From: Adineta vaga
Lineage: Eukaryota > Animalia > Rotifera
Assembly: GCA_021613535.1 (NCBI GenBank)
Contig: CP075493.1
Coordinates: 10,912,001 to 10,976,000 of the forward strand
DNA length: 64,000 nt
Reading direction: 5' to 3'
Under the pieces are notes generated by a model that was not told where the DNA came from, made no database searches, and was given only the letters and a program-made list of their open reading frames with translations. The first letter of the stretch is position 1, and every line of letters starts with the position of its first letter. Position numbers and translations under genes: made by a program. This document shows, in pieces, positions 11,325-25,103 of the stretch.

Positions 11325-12278
11325 TCAAGTTTCCAAGAAGATATCTTCAAGACTTGCTGACTTGGAAATTGTCTGATCTATTGGTGTCGGTATATTAAAA
11401 TCAGTTCCTATGTTAATGGGTATCATTAATTGTACGTTGGAGGATAGAGCATCACTTTTGACTGTAATTCTTAATTTATATATAACATTTGCGACAGCTG
11501 ATTTTTCGAATTCTAGACAAAATTGAAAAGTTGGAGCAAGTGGTCGATCAGGTATTGTCATATCGAATGAATGAACTATTTGTTCAACACTGGGAATATC
11601 TATTGCAGATATAATCTTCTTACAAACTAAATATTGACTTGTACTTCTACCAATTTCATAATATTGTATTAATGAAATAACGATTTGATCAATTAATACA
11701 CATTGAAAATTGTCAATTTCTATTATACCTTGAATACTTTCACCTGGAATAAATCCACATTTATTTAAATTTCCTTTAATAAGAATATCTTTTCGATTCT
11801 CAACACCGAATTGCACTGGAATGCAACAACTTCGTATCTTCGATAGATTGACGCGTGGAAATATGTCTAAACATTGTTTCGGTAGAATCTGAGGTTTGAA
11901 CGATCGTTGATCAATGAATCCTTGAAGATAATATCGCACATGTGGATAAGTTTCCACATCTCCAAGTGTTGATGGTGGATAATCATTAGGCAACTGTATC
12001 TGAAATGGCCATGCGTATTGATCTTGATTATACGTCAACATTTTTTCATTCGATTTTTGATAGAACAACACATAGTTTTGCTTTAGAAATAGAATATGTT
12101 GATATGTTCCTGTAAAATCACCCATTTCACCAATTAACTGCAAGCCAAGTTCATTTGCTCGTATGATTTCATCTTTCACATATAATTCAATTGTTCCCGA
12201 TACAAAATCTCCACCATAAAAGTACGAATCTTGTCTATCAATATTAATATTAATGAAAGTACTAGTTTCGTTCCCCAT
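11325..12278 (-). CDS. Alpha-arrestin (arrestin N and C domains)
   Basis: YGGDFVSGTIEL, YAWPFQIQLPNDYPPS, VRYYL, LNKCGFIPGESI, IPINIGT. Confidence 0.88.
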   Translation of the reverse strand: MGNETSTFININIDRQDSYFYGGDFVSGTIELYVKDEIIRANELGLQLIGEMGDFTGTYQHILFLKQNYVLFYQKSNEKMLTYNQDQYAWPFQIQLPNDYPPSTLGDVETYPHVRYYLQGFIDQRSFKPQILPKQCLDIFPRVNLSKIRSCCIPVQFGVENRKDILIKGNLNKCGFIPGESIQGIIEIDNFQCVLIDQIVISLIQYYEIGRSTSQYLVCKKIISAIDIPSVEQIVHSFDMTIPDRPLAPTFQFCLEFEKSAVANVIYKLRITVKSDALSSNVQLMIPINIGTDFNIPTPIDQTISKSASLEDIFLET

Positions 12279-12506
12279 TTTTCTCTACCTAAGAAGGATT
12301 CTGAAAAGAGAAAATAACATTCAACTAACGATAAGATCTTTTATGGTAGAAAAACGTGAATTGTTTCTTTCAATACGGTAACTATTCAATCCTGTTTACT
12401 TTTTTTTTCACATAAGTTAAGTGCATGATGATGTGTCATCGTAAAGTAAAAAAGCACATGTATTTTATTGATAATACAAAAGCATTATATAGAAAGTCGA
12501 CAAAAA

Positions 12507-13153
12507 TCATTGTGGTAGAATTATTTTCATTCGTGAATGACTTTGGTCGTGCATACCAATAAATTCACATTTTTCACATAGATTTATACCACAAAAACAT
12601 TTATAACGAACGCCAATAATTGGATTCATCAAACATAAATTGCACTGAATATTCGTATGGTACAATTGACTACGATTCATTATATGAATTGATTGTAGAA
12701 ATTCATTGGAATCGTTAATACATAATAATGGATGATGGGATGGATGATTTGTTCTCTTGTTAGAATGACATGATTGACAAAAATCAATATTAGGACAAAA
12801 TACACATTTATAACGATCTCCTTTTATTGGTGATATATTACACGCATCACAATTGACGCTCACATGAATACGTTCATTTGTCGTATTCAATGCATTTGCC
12901 TTTCTAATAGCATCTTGAGCTAGCTGTTGAACTTTCGTCGTTGGGTTGTTCGGTGGTTGTTGTGGAAAAATTGACGGTTTATTTTTATCATTGGAATTCA
13001 GAAGAGAAAAGTTGTTTCGACCAGATGATGCATGCATCATATACGAAGTGACTGGTCCATGTGATTTATTATTTGCCTACAATTAATAAATTGACAGGAT
13101 TTTATAGATCAAAAGAAAGTATTAAAAAACAGACATACTTGATTATTGCTCAT
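12507..13153 (-). CDS. Tandem ZZ-type zinc-finger protein (2 exons)
   Basis: Micro-exon MSNNQ (13153-13139) with intron 13138-13077 in frame. ZZ motifs: [28 protein letters not shown] and [23 protein letters not shown]...H...H. Confidence 0.85.
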
Positions 13154-14269
13154 GTTGCCGTTGTTGTTGTAATAGATTGATACTCACGAATGAATATATT
13201 TAATCTAAAATAAAATTTGAATTCTTACACATTCAGTCATGATATTTTGCATTCATCAAACGTTTAAAAGCAAAAAAAACTCTGATGAAATAAAAGGTCG
13301 ACGTGAATGAAGTTAGGTTAGGACGAAAAAAAAGAAAATTTTCATTGGTCAAAAATTAAGCAACCATAAAATCAAAATCAAAAGAACGAAAACATTAATA
13401 AAGGGTACAGAAATATGGTCATGGTATCCTTAGTAACATAGTGTTAGCGTAAAAATTTTTTCGGTCGAAGAATTAATGTTTTTTGACAGAAAAAAAATGA
13501 ATACATCGATTAATATGAATACAAATCGTTATTTAGAAGTAAACAAAAATAATAGAAATATATAAAACGATTACAATAGATAAGTATGATCTATTCAGAC
13601 GTATATTTGGTATTTGAAAACCTATATTTATGCATTTATGAAGAGACGACTTTTTACAACTAACCTTGTGCATCTATTCTTAATATTATAAGTCTATAAT
13701 TTATCTGACAATGTGAAAGAAAACAGTGAACTATTTATTTCCATCATGTTAGTTTTTACATGATGTAGATTGGTGTAATAGAAAAAAGCAACATGCTTGA
13801 GTAGAGTGATCATCTACCATTGAGATCGACATCGATAAAACGATTTAAAGAGTGTTTACTAATACATTATTTTTTTCTTTACTATATCGTAAAACGATCG
13901 CTTCATCAAATTCCGTATGTATTATCTACATCGCCGTGCAATGGTTGATCTTGTTGTTACTGTTATTTATACAAACCAAACATGGTCTTTTGTATTCACT
14001 GCAGAAGAAAAGCATACATACAATTGAGTTTACGAAACAGTTTGATACTGTTTTGTCGCTTGTTTTCTCTTTCTGGTCGTGGAATATACTATGTGCAGAC
14101 ATATTTTTCGTTTCTAACAATCTAAAGGTGAGTTAGGACACAATTGAGAGTTCAACGTAGATAATTCTTGTTATTTATTCTAATTTATAAAATATGTAGA
14201 AATTATTTTAATTTTATTGAATAACAGCAGTAGAAACAGTAATAAAGAGAAGATTCGTCATCGCAGGCA

Positions 14270-15971
14270 TTAATATTGTTCAATAGTAAATTTTTGTACT
14301 CGATGGTTGTTATAATCAGTTATATACAGATTACCTAATTGATCCAATGCGATATCAATAGGATTATTTAATTGGTTTGCTTGATTACCTCTACCATTAC
14401 CACCAATAATAACCTCTCCTTTAGATGATCCTTCTCGCCAACGTACCACTCGACTATTGTCTGAATCAACAATATAAATTGTTTTCAATCGATCTATAAC
14501 AATTCCAAATGGTCGACTTAAATGTGTTAGATCAGCACCTGGATCAAGACTTCCAGCTACAACAAGACCTTCTTTCGCACCGAATGTCCATTTTGTTACA
14601 CGATTACCAACAGTATCAGATACATAAATCGAATGATCTTGGTCGATGAGAAAGAAATTTGGAGAATACAATTGTTTGAGTTCAGTTCCTGAATTGTTGC
14701 CATCAACGATAATGGTTCCATTCATTTCTCCTATTCGAAACCGTCGAATTGTACCAGTTCTTTTATTCGATACATAGAGAAAGCCATGTTTATCCATAGC
14801 TAATCCTTGACATTCAATATTTATTAAAATCATTTGTGCACCAACACCCGTTTGAATAAACCATCGCATCAATCGTCTATTACCAGAATCACAAATAATT
14901 AAACTTTCTTTCGATTTTTCAACAATAACATGTATTGGTCGATTCAACTGATCACTTCGATTTCCTGGACCATTTTCACCTGCTACAATACGATAATCTG
15001 TTTGATTAAATTTTTTCTCAATAACACGATGATTATTATCATCGACAACATAAACCGTATTTTCATCATCAATATCAATTGTTCCAGGATTTCGTAATTG
15101 ATTTAATCCATCACCTGGACCATGACCACCTAGAATAGTAATACCATTTTGTGACCATCGAGCATTGATTGTTATATCATTCATTGATCGAACTAAAAGG
15201 AATCGAATGATTTATATTTATCGGTCAAATAATTTTTTACCATAGTTGACTTTCGTAATCTTTTCAGCTGTCCTTTTCCAAGATGTCATAACTAATGGAA
15301 TTGTTATAATGGCTAGTACAAGAATGGTAACTAAAAGCCATTCTCGACAATTCATTGATGTACAAAATATTCTATTGATCAAAGAATGTTTAATATCTTC
15401 CTCTTTTACTGGTTGATCAATCGGTGGATTTGAGAGTGGAGATTTATCGATGATTTTCTTATGTTGGAATGTTGGTGTAACTACATCTTTTGTATTAGAA
15501 TCATATAAACCATCTGGAGTTCCTTGACAAAAAAAATAAGCTCCTGATGGCAAAAGGAATAGATGAATACAGACTAATAGCCACTCTGTCTTCTTCATAT
15601 TCTTTCCAAAGAATATCAGCCAACGAAAGACTTTGTGTATCGAATTGTTTTTGATTTTGTTGATATTCTAATACATAACAATTAGAAAAAAACATTCATA
15701 TTTTTAGAAACAAACCTTGAAGACGTTTTGCTGCATCAAAACAACGAATTTTTTGTAAAGCTTCAATAAGATAAATACAATCTTGATCATTAATAATCGC
15801 TTTATCAAATAAAGCTTGAAGAACACGAAGTGTTCCACCTAATGAAAGATCATCACGTAAATTTCGCGGTACATCATCACCTAAGACAAAATGAAGACGT
15901 TGTCGATCATTATCCGAAAGAAGATCGTGAATTTTAAGAAGTAATTCTCGAAATTCAAAGTGACCACTCAT
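14270..15971 (-). CDS. Death effector domain (DED) - transmembrane - NHL-repeat beta-propeller protein (4 exons)
   Basis: Introns 15715-15668, 15574-15523 and 15240-15193 splice four ORF pieces in frame. DED: FRELLLKIHDLLS..DRQRLHF...LFDKAII...YLIEALQKIRCFDAAKRL. TM: WLLVTILVLAIITIPLVM. NHL repeats: QL..P..I.ID...YV.D..NHRV. Confidence 0.85.
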
Positions 15972-16929
15972 TTATACAATTAAATGAGAAAAGAGAAGGA
16001 TGACAACAATATGCTTTTATATACACATGAATGAGTGCATGAAGAAGAAAAGAGAATAAGAAATATATCACCGTATCAAATGAAAAGGTCGTTTGTTTTA
16101 CAATTACTATCATTTGAGTGAGCCAATCATTTTCTATCTATATAAGATATTATTATAAGTGATGATAGATGAAGCGATTATCATTCTCTCTTAAATTGTG
16201 TATATAAATAGAATAACCGGCAGATGTCCTACTAATGAAGGAAAAACCATATAATTTTTGATGATATTGCTTCATTGTGTCAATCTAATGTTGAATATTT
16301 TGTGCTTAAGAAAACAGAGTATACTAAGTGCTTTTTCCTACTTTTATGTGATAAATGGTATGTGAAATGTTACTTTTGATGTAGATCAAATACTAGGAAT
16401 GTATTTACATATTCTTCTGTTACTATATAACATATTATTATTATTCTTCAGAATACATCGTATAGTTGTTCAATCTCTTCCATGTAGAAACTTTACCTAA
16501 GCAATCGGAAGAATGTGAATGTAAATCTTATCTTCGTTTATTTTACAAAAAGATAATAGATCTAAGTAGATACATAAACAATAAATTGTGAAGAAGTAAA
16601 ACGATCTACAGCTGATATCATTTGTTCACATATATATGACGTCATATGTACTACTGAATTTGTACGTTCTGCCATGACATCATATGATCGTGACATCATA
16701 TGGAATCTTCTTATATGTTCTTTTCGTTCTGTTCAAACCTACATATATATATTTCATTTCTTCGTTAGTAAACGTTGTTCCATACATGATAAGATTTTCT
16801 CTTAAATGACATCCAAAGAAACAATACCTATTTTACAAAATATGATGTTCATAAATTTTGAAGATGTAATCAACATAGCATCTGGAGAGAATTTTCCATA
16901 TTTTTAGCATGAATAAATTGTTCAATAGT

Positions 16930-17506
16930 GAAAAATATAGAATTTCTTTGTTAGAGTCCAGCAATGAAGAATGGTATAAAGTATTAGCGGTATTTCGATA
17001 CTCAAAATGCATTAATATAGTACCCCATTCTCCATTATCAATAGCGTTAAATATTGATTCAGTAATACAAGTAATAATATTACCGAAATTAGAATCTTCT
17101 GAATCAATTTGCCAATAACAACATAAAAATAACCTGCATCTGCTGCAATTTTCGATACAATATTCATTTGCAGTTGACTACCATCTGCGTATGGATGACA
17201 TAAATGTATTTAAAGTTGTTTGATCATCAAAAATTTCATTTTGTATATATCGTCAGCATGATAGAGTGGATAAATCTTTATGATGAACAGTATGTGTTTC
17301 AAGATTAAATCGCCGTACTCAACAATATTCTTAATTCATTTTTGAGCAATTAGATCATTAGTTATATCAATCTAATTTTTAGTATTGATAAAGAATGTGC
17401 CAGGAATGTTATTTTCATGCAAATAATTAATAATAGCATCAGTAGCTTCACCAGCACCATCATCAAATGTTAATAAAATTATCAATAAAATCAAGTAAAG
17501 GAACAT
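16930..17506 (-). pseudogene. Polysaccharide deacetylase (NodB/CE4) pseudogene
   Basis: Not in the ORF track. From ATG 17506: MFLYLILLIILLTFDDGAGEATDAIINYLHENNIPGTFFIN, then an in-frame TAG at 17374-17372, then HTVHHKDL, HPY, WQIDSED and GTILMH in shifting frames. All five CE4 motifs appear in order. Confidence 0.8.
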
Positions 17507-18496
17507 TGTATGTGTTACTCGGCTTTGATTGACACCAAACTGTGTGGATCACAAAAGATAATGAAAGAATAAGAAATGTGAAGAATCTCATTGTTTTAAT
17601 GTATATTTTTAGTAAACGAGTATCTATATTAGGTGTCACTAAGATGAAGAATAAAAATATAAAACACCTTTCTTATCAGATGATAATTCTTTATTTTGAA
17701 ATAAAATGTGAATATGTTTATTATTTTTTGCTTTGAAAGAAGAATAATAACAAAAGGATTATAGGCAACTTTTAAGCGACTATCGCGTACTTCTTTCACA
17801 CCTATATACTGTCGTTAAATATCCGTCAAAATTCTTTACATTTAACCAATTCTTAGGTTATATATAAATATAAAACAGAAAGATCATAATATACAATTCT
17901 ATTAAAAACGAAATATTTTTATGAAAAGTTTGCTCATTGTACTGTATAAGAAGACAGTGGTTGTTATAGCATATTTTTATTCATGAAACTTATATTGGCA
18001 ATTTATTGTTTAGATGCATAACTGACGTTTATCATGCAAATTGATGAATATAAACACTTTTCACACATTTCATCTTTTTTTGCATCGCGCTAGGCAGTGA
18101 GCAGAATGAACGTCTACATTCATGCGTCAACATCTTTTTTAATAGAGAACAGTAATTCTTCCAGACAGTCGTTGTTTTGAGTGACGAGGAAGTTGCATTC
18201 TATAATGAATTTTGTTTCTATTTAAAAAAAAAATTTTTCTGAAAAAGACGCACCGTTGTAAAGGATGGACGTGTTTACGCGACAGAAAACAGAAATGGAT
18301 TGAGCTGGTAGCGATGAAGAAATAACTTAGTTACTTTGTCGATAGTACCGAAAGTCATTATAAATTACTATAACAATAAATAGATTATTCACTAATATAG
18401 CACTTCTTTTTGTTTAAATATCGTAGATTTGAATTGTTGCTTGTTATGGCCGATAAAAACCAGGTAAGATACTCTTTAATGTTGCTTTGCTGTTAG

Positions 18497-21400
18497 AAAA
18501 AACTAGTTTATTGAAAATTGATTGGAATCAGTCAATGCACCAAGCGATTACGGATCTTCAATTACGTGGCCGCAAATGTCGGCAGACTCCTAGAAACAAG
18601 TATTGTTTGGCAACTATGTTGAATAATTTATAATTTTTGTTTTCTTTTATATAAAAAGTCCAAGTGATAAAAATGAAATTTGTTACTGTCAAAAGCATAA
18701 CAAGGACGATGATACGGAATCCAAATTGGATATTAATACGCACATGGACAATGATTTGATCACCAAACTTGATTATGGACTAGGTACACCTAAGGTGAGT
18801 TATTCGTCAAGTGAATGCATATATGATCATAAAACCACAGGAATTGGATAAGCAACTCTTTTCAGATTAGAATATTTTGAGTCTTTTGTAATAATCTTCC
18901 AAACTTATAGGAATCTTTCATTTTTGTTGTGGGAAAAACTGCGCATCAGTTATAAACTCAATTTATTTGGGATACAATTTTGATTTTATTACGAAGTATA
19001 TGTATAGAATAATTATATTGTATCTTTCTGTTTTCTAATGTAGTATATTCGCTGTGACATTGAGACACCACCGAGGAATCTTGAAAAATTACTAGTTCAC
19101 ATATGGAAAATTAAACCACCAACGTTACTTTTGGCAATTTGTGGAGGTGCGAAATACTTTAAAATGAGTGAAGGACTTGAAGAAAAATTTTGTAACAAAA
19201 TCATTAATGCAACACGACAATCAAGTAAGTTACATTCTATGCAACCAAGAAAATGCAATCGGATTGAGACTATAGTTCGTAGAGTTAGAGTTAAGATTAG
19301 TGGAATGCATATAGTACAAAGTTCTTTATTTACTGTATAAAGGTGCTTGGTTATTCACGAGTGGGTTTAATACTGGTATTGTACAAATGATTGGACGAGC
19401 TTTAAATAAAATACGTCTGACTCGTTTTGAAGAGAATATTACAGCTATTGCTATAACAAAATATGGTTGTATTACGAATGATTCTAAAATAATACAAAAG
19501 ATTGAACCGGTAAAAAAAAATTTTATATGTCGAATTTCGTTAAATAGATAGGTTTTTAAAGATACTAAAAGGTCATTCAGAACCTAGAAAAAGAGGCAAA
19601 CATGGTCTTGAACCAAATCATAGTCATTATATTTTACTTGATGATGGAACAAGATATCAGTATCAAGGTATGCAAGATCGTGCACCTGTTTTAATGAAAA
19701 CTATTTCCTATGGACAGAATTCACAAACAGATTCGAGTAATATTATCATTGATGAAAGTTTTTTTTAATCTAAAGTAATACATTTTTAAGTACCGGCTAT
19801 AACGCTTCTCGTCGAAGGTGGAAGGGATTCGATCTTAAGCGTTTATTGTTCTTTATTTTACGGTATTCCTGTCATAATTGTAAAAGTTAGTATTATTCAA
19901 ATATATCAAATCAAAGCCTGAACGGTACTGTAAAATCTGCTTATATTTAGGGTAGTGGAAGATTGGCAGATTTTCTTGCATGTTGGATATCAATTCTTGA
20001 CAATGATCAAAATCACGTAGCAATAGGAGCCGAAAAAAATCATGATGACAGATCAAAGGAATCTTCTTCAACGGAAAACTATAAGTACGCAAAATTCTAT
20101 GCAATATTTTCTTCCCAAAAAAAGAGATTCCTTTGTGATGTAGACGCGACCAAGATAAAATCTTACTTTCAGACTCCGACAAAGCAGAGTGAGTTAAATC
20201 TATATCATTTTTATGTTTGCAATGAATTATATGATTAATACGATTTAGACTCGATTCTATGTTCAAATTATTTGCGGAAGATATAAGAAAAGATTTAAGA
20301 CAAACTTTAAAGCATAATAGTGAAGAGCCATGGCAATGGAACGATGATAAAAGACTTGAGAAAAGAGTTGATTCAATTTGGCATCATGTCTTATTTTGTC
20401 TTCAACCTGCCATACGCTCCAATATCTTTCAGTTTAATCTGACCGGTAATGATGATCTTATGGATACGCTACTAAGAACTATTTATCATGGTAACTATTT
20501 CCCTTGTTATTCTTCACTTCTTTATCAAGGAGTTTCTGTATTTTAGTACGCAGAAAGACGATCCATAGTGATTTTAAACATCCTTCAGGCAACAATGAGA
20601 AACTTCAGGAGGATCAGAAAAAAAAATATACCGATGCACGCAAAAATCTTGATCAGCAAATGTTGAGACTAGCTCTTCAATGGAATTGTTTAGAAGTAGC
20701 AAAAGATCTTATTGTACGAGGATCTATCGAGAATATTGATGTAAGTACATTGTTCCTTAAAATAAAATGTTAGTCAAATAGAATAAAATTGTCAACTATA
20801 TGATTACTACTTGTATAGTTGGCAGATCAAGCAACTGATATATTATCAACTTTATCCAACAATTTGCCAGCTTTTCTACACTACTTAATCACTTTGGAAT
20901 TGGCATTACCGCGTCTTATATTTAATGTTGATTCTAATACACAAAATATTAACAGCAAGGTCTACAATGAAACATTGATGAAACACCTCTATTCATTCAA
21001 TGGTATTGTTGCTATTCATAAGAAAAATGGTTGTTTACTCTACGATATACTCAGATTACACTCGAATTCTGGACCAAAGTTGAAGCAACTATTTACCAAA
21101 CATTTGAATAATATTTTAAACGAACTAATTGGAGATATCATGGAAAAACTTTATCCGGAGGATGACAATCAAAATCAAAATCTAAATGGTACAAATGTTA
21201 TCAATATTCAAGGAGAAGAATTACCTGCGCCGAAGTATAGTGTCAGGAATTATACGTTCCGAGATCTTTTTATTTGGTCATTACTAATGAATTATATTGA
21301 CATGGCAAAGATGTTGCTTTCACATCTCAATCATCGTATATGTGCTGCTCTTATAGCTCGTAAAATTTTAATGAGTTATCGAAGTAAATATGTAAAATAT

Positions 21401-23689
21401 AGTGACAAACACTTGGAATATCAACAATTAATGGATTATTTTGAAGAGTACGCCATTCAATGCATAACACTTTGCCAAAAGAATGATCCTAACAAAGCTT
21501 GTAAACTTGTACTCAGAGAATGTGAAATGTTTGGCAATGTAACTTGTTTACAAGTAAGTAAATGAATGTGTTCACAGTTATTTCGATATACTTTCTAACT
21601 ATAAAAATCTTTTATAAGATTGCTATTCATGCAAAGGCCAAACATTTTATTAGTCACCCATGCTGTGTACAAGCAATCTCAAATGTTTGGTACCGTTCAA
21701 TTGATATTGATAAAACTGGGTATGTATGGCTAGTAGTGGATGTACTTACATGTGGTTTAACAACCATACTGACAAAAACCTCTGAAGAAACAGAAGAAGA
21801 AGTAAGCAAATATGAAGTGATATATTTTCAGCAATCATAAATCTCTAGGAACAAAGGCAACAGTCTAACACAAATCAGAATTCTCTTTTGGAACCGTACG
21901 GTATACCGTATTCAGATCTTCGAGACTATCGACAAGTTCAACCAGTATCTTCGCGTCGATCTTTGACAGTTAATTTGGCGAATTTGGTTGAATTTCATCA
22001 ATGTCCAATCGTTAAATTTTCATACGATTGCGTAAGTAAATTAATGTGAAAAGAACCGATAGTCATGTTAGTTTTTGCTTGTAGATTCATTATTTATTAA
22101 TTGTTTTAATCTTTTCCTATGTTCTACTTTTTCAATTCGATCCACCAACTATGCAAATACCAAGTATACCTTGGACTGAAATTCTTCTTATTATTCTGAT
22201 GTCTTCTATGCTGATCTCAGAGATTCGTTTGGTCGGTATAATAGATCGTCTATCACTCGCTCATCTTTTTGTCACTCTATATTGTAGTTTTTCGAACATG
22301 ATACATCAACTCTAATTGCTACTATGAAACATTACCATTTATATCCAGTGAGAACATATGGTGTGACCTTATCTTATTTACTTTTCTATGCTGGTCTTGG
22401 ACTTCGATTTACAAAAATCGAACCATCAGGAAACTTTTTTTACGCAAGGTTTTCTTTCATGAAAATGATTTTTTTTTCTTCTTTAACGTTGATGAGTATT
22501 GTTTAGGATTGTAATGGCCTATAGTTTACAATTTTGGTGGCTTCGAGCTTTAAAATATATCGGTGCTATAGAATTTTTTGGACCACCGATTGTAGCCATT
22601 CGTAAAATGGTAGAAAATCATTTCGTTCGACAAATAAAACTCTATACTAATGTTTTACTTTGTTCTAGTTAAAAGATCTAATTTTCTTCGCTTGTCTGAT
22701 AACCATTGTAATGAGTGGTTATGGAACAGCATCTCGAAGCATTGCTTATTATGGTAATATTACCTTTAATGCCGATGGGATATTTCATGATATAGTTTAT
22801 CCCGTTTATTATCTTCTGTACATTCAACTTGATGATGAATTAACACATCTTGAAAGTATGTATACACAGTCATATAATACTTTAACGAACTGCAACTATT
22901 ATTTGATCGTGAATGGAAAATTTTAGATGCTCGTGGTACAAGTTGGTCAATAGCAACACATATTCTCCTTGCATTCAATATGCTTCTCATGGCCATTCTT
23001 CTAATTAATCTCCTAATTGCCATGTTTAAGTAAGAGAATCACAATATTTTCCATTCAGTTCTATATGCTGCTTTTCGTCTTAGTAAACGTTTCGATAAAA
23101 TCTATGATGAAGCAAAGATAATTTGGCACTATCATCAATATCAATTAGTTCGAGATTATTTTGACCGAGCACTTCTACTTCCTCCAATTAGTGTAATCAT
23201 TGATCTATACAATCTTTTTGGTATGTTCTGTCATCGAATGCTAAATACAAGATACTTTCAAAGATATTATCAAAGAAAACGATTCAGTACGTACTCATGA
23301 AAAATATTACGAAACGTCGTTGAAAAAGTTACCATTACACATTTAGAAATGATTACTAGAGATTCAGTTTTGAGAAAATCATTGGACGCATTTGAAGGAG
23401 CATCAACTTACGAATATGCACAAGCAGAAGCACCGATCGGCACAAAAAAGACATCGAATGTCGTAGAGTAAGACAATAGATTTGAAATGATTATTATCAA
23501 TATTTTATCTTATATAGATCATCAAATTCGGTTGTATCATCACAACATATTTGTAAAGAGATATTGAATAAATCGACAAAAACTATTGAAAATCAGGAGA
23601 AATCCTTGAGAACAATGTTCAATGAACATTCAACTATTAAATCATCTTTGGATGTAATCGAGGCAAAACTTACGATGATAACTAAGTAA
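18497..23689 (+). CDS. TRPM-family cation channel (multi-exon; 5' end uncertain)
   Basis: SLOG/MHR motifs: YIRCD, P.LLLAICGGAKYF, GAWLFTSGFNTG, LEPNHSHY.LLDDG, LLVEGG, GSGRLAD, RDLFIWSLL, ICAALIA, NVTCLQIA, FISHPC. TM region: PIVKF, FGP....RKM, LLINLLIAMF. TRP-box-like IWHYHQY. Stop at 23687-23689. Confidence 0.9.
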
Positions 23690-23744
23690 CTGATCTCTTC
23701 TGATGTCTATATCGTACTCGTTTTTATCATTTCTGTAATATTTA

Positions 23745-25103
23745 TTAATATATATTCTGGAAATTTTCATTGATATCTCGTTTAAAAGCATTCAGAAATA
23801 TTTCTATCTTATCTTTTTCTAATCGAAAAGAAACTTCTGCTCCATTGCGATCTCTTGGTAACCATTTGTTTTCATACTTTTCTGGATTCAAACGAAATAC
23901 ACGTAAATATAGAGCACGTGATCCACATGTATAAAACCGACATTGATCTTTGTAACCAAAATCAACTAGATCAGCCCAATCATATCGAAAATTAGAATTA
24001 ATTGCAATTTCATTTGGAGTTAATTGTCGATTTGCACGTTTGCTACTTTTTGCATTATCTCTCATAAATCTATCAATAGTTGCTATGCCATTAGCAAGAA
24101 TTTTTGAATCACGTAATTGAAGAAGTGATCGACGTATGGTTTGTGCAATATTTAAAAATGAATATGGATCATCGAAATTATCGGATAACATCATAAATAA
24201 AGCATTCGATACTTCTCCTCGTGGAGCAATGGAATCATCCATACCACGATAATTCGCAACTGTAATCGTATGTAAAATACGACGTTCATCATTATCCTTG
24301 TAACAGTATTTATTCAATGTTAAAGTAATATATGCTATAAGTGCATCGTGTATAGTTACATTAGTTTTGCCAGTTAGTACTTTTAATTGAGTAAGTTGTT
24401 CACCGGAAAAATGGATATTTATTGGTTCATAATCTAATTCAAGATTATGAGATGTTTTCACGAATTCTTCGTTTGATTGTGCCGTAAGAAATTGTTTTGG
24501 TATTGGTAAAAACGATTGTTGAACTTCATGTTCTTGCCATAAACGTCGTTCAAATATAGGTAATGGTAATATTGGATCCATTTGTTGATAGAATCGTGAA
24601 AATGTATTTGAAAAACGTAGACATGCATCTGCATCACCTAATGCATGGTACCAACTTACACCTAATATCCATTCATTACTTTGAATAATATGTGTTAATT
24701 TTAAACGTACAAGTGGTTCATCAAATGAATTCGGTAATAATTTTGTTACGGGAACGAAATCAATAAATGTTTGAAATAGTTGATTATCAGCTTCTACAAT
24801 TACATTTGCATCAAAAGGCCATTCTATGAGATCATGATTGTCAGATACTGTGATTGGAATAGAATTATCACACATTTCAATAAAATAATGTTGATCATTT
24901 TCTAATAAAATTCGACCAGTAACTAACGGCCAAAGAGAGAGTGTTTGACCGAGTGCTTCTTTCAGTTGATCAATTTTTATTTCATCAGGATAAACATAAA
25001 CATTGTCAATACGTGCTGAAAGCCATAGATCCATACCAGCTAGTTCTATACGACGATTGTTACCTGTTGGTGTTGATGATGATATCATAAACGTTGATGC
25101 CAT
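23745..25103 (-). CDS. BAHD/transferase-family CoA-dependent acyltransferase, intronless
   Basis: LKEALGQTLSLWPLVTGR, catalytic HxxxD (HALGD) and DFG motif (VDFGY). Confidence 0.88.
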   Translation of the reverse strand: MASTFMISSSTPTGNNRRIELAGMDLWLSARIDNVYVYPDEIKIDQLKEALGQTLSLWPLVTGRILLENDQHYFIEMCDNSIPITVSDNHDLIEWPFDANVIVEADNQLFQTFIDFVPVTKLLPNSFDEPLVRLKLTHIIQSNEWILGVSWYHALGDADACLRFSNTFSRFYQQMDPILPLPIFERRLWQEHEVQQSFLPIPKQFLTAQSNEEFVKTSHNLELDYEPINIHFSGEQLTQLKVLTGKTNVTIHDALIAYITLTLNKYCYKDNDERRILHTITVANYRGMDDSIAPRGEVSNALFMMLSDNFDDPYSFLNIAQTIRRSLLQLRDSKILANGIATIDRFMRDNAKSSKRANRQLTPNEIAINSNFRYDWADLVDFGYKDQCRFYTCGSRALYLRVFRLNPEKYENKWLPRDRNGAEVSFRLEKDKIEIFLNAFKRDINENFQNIY

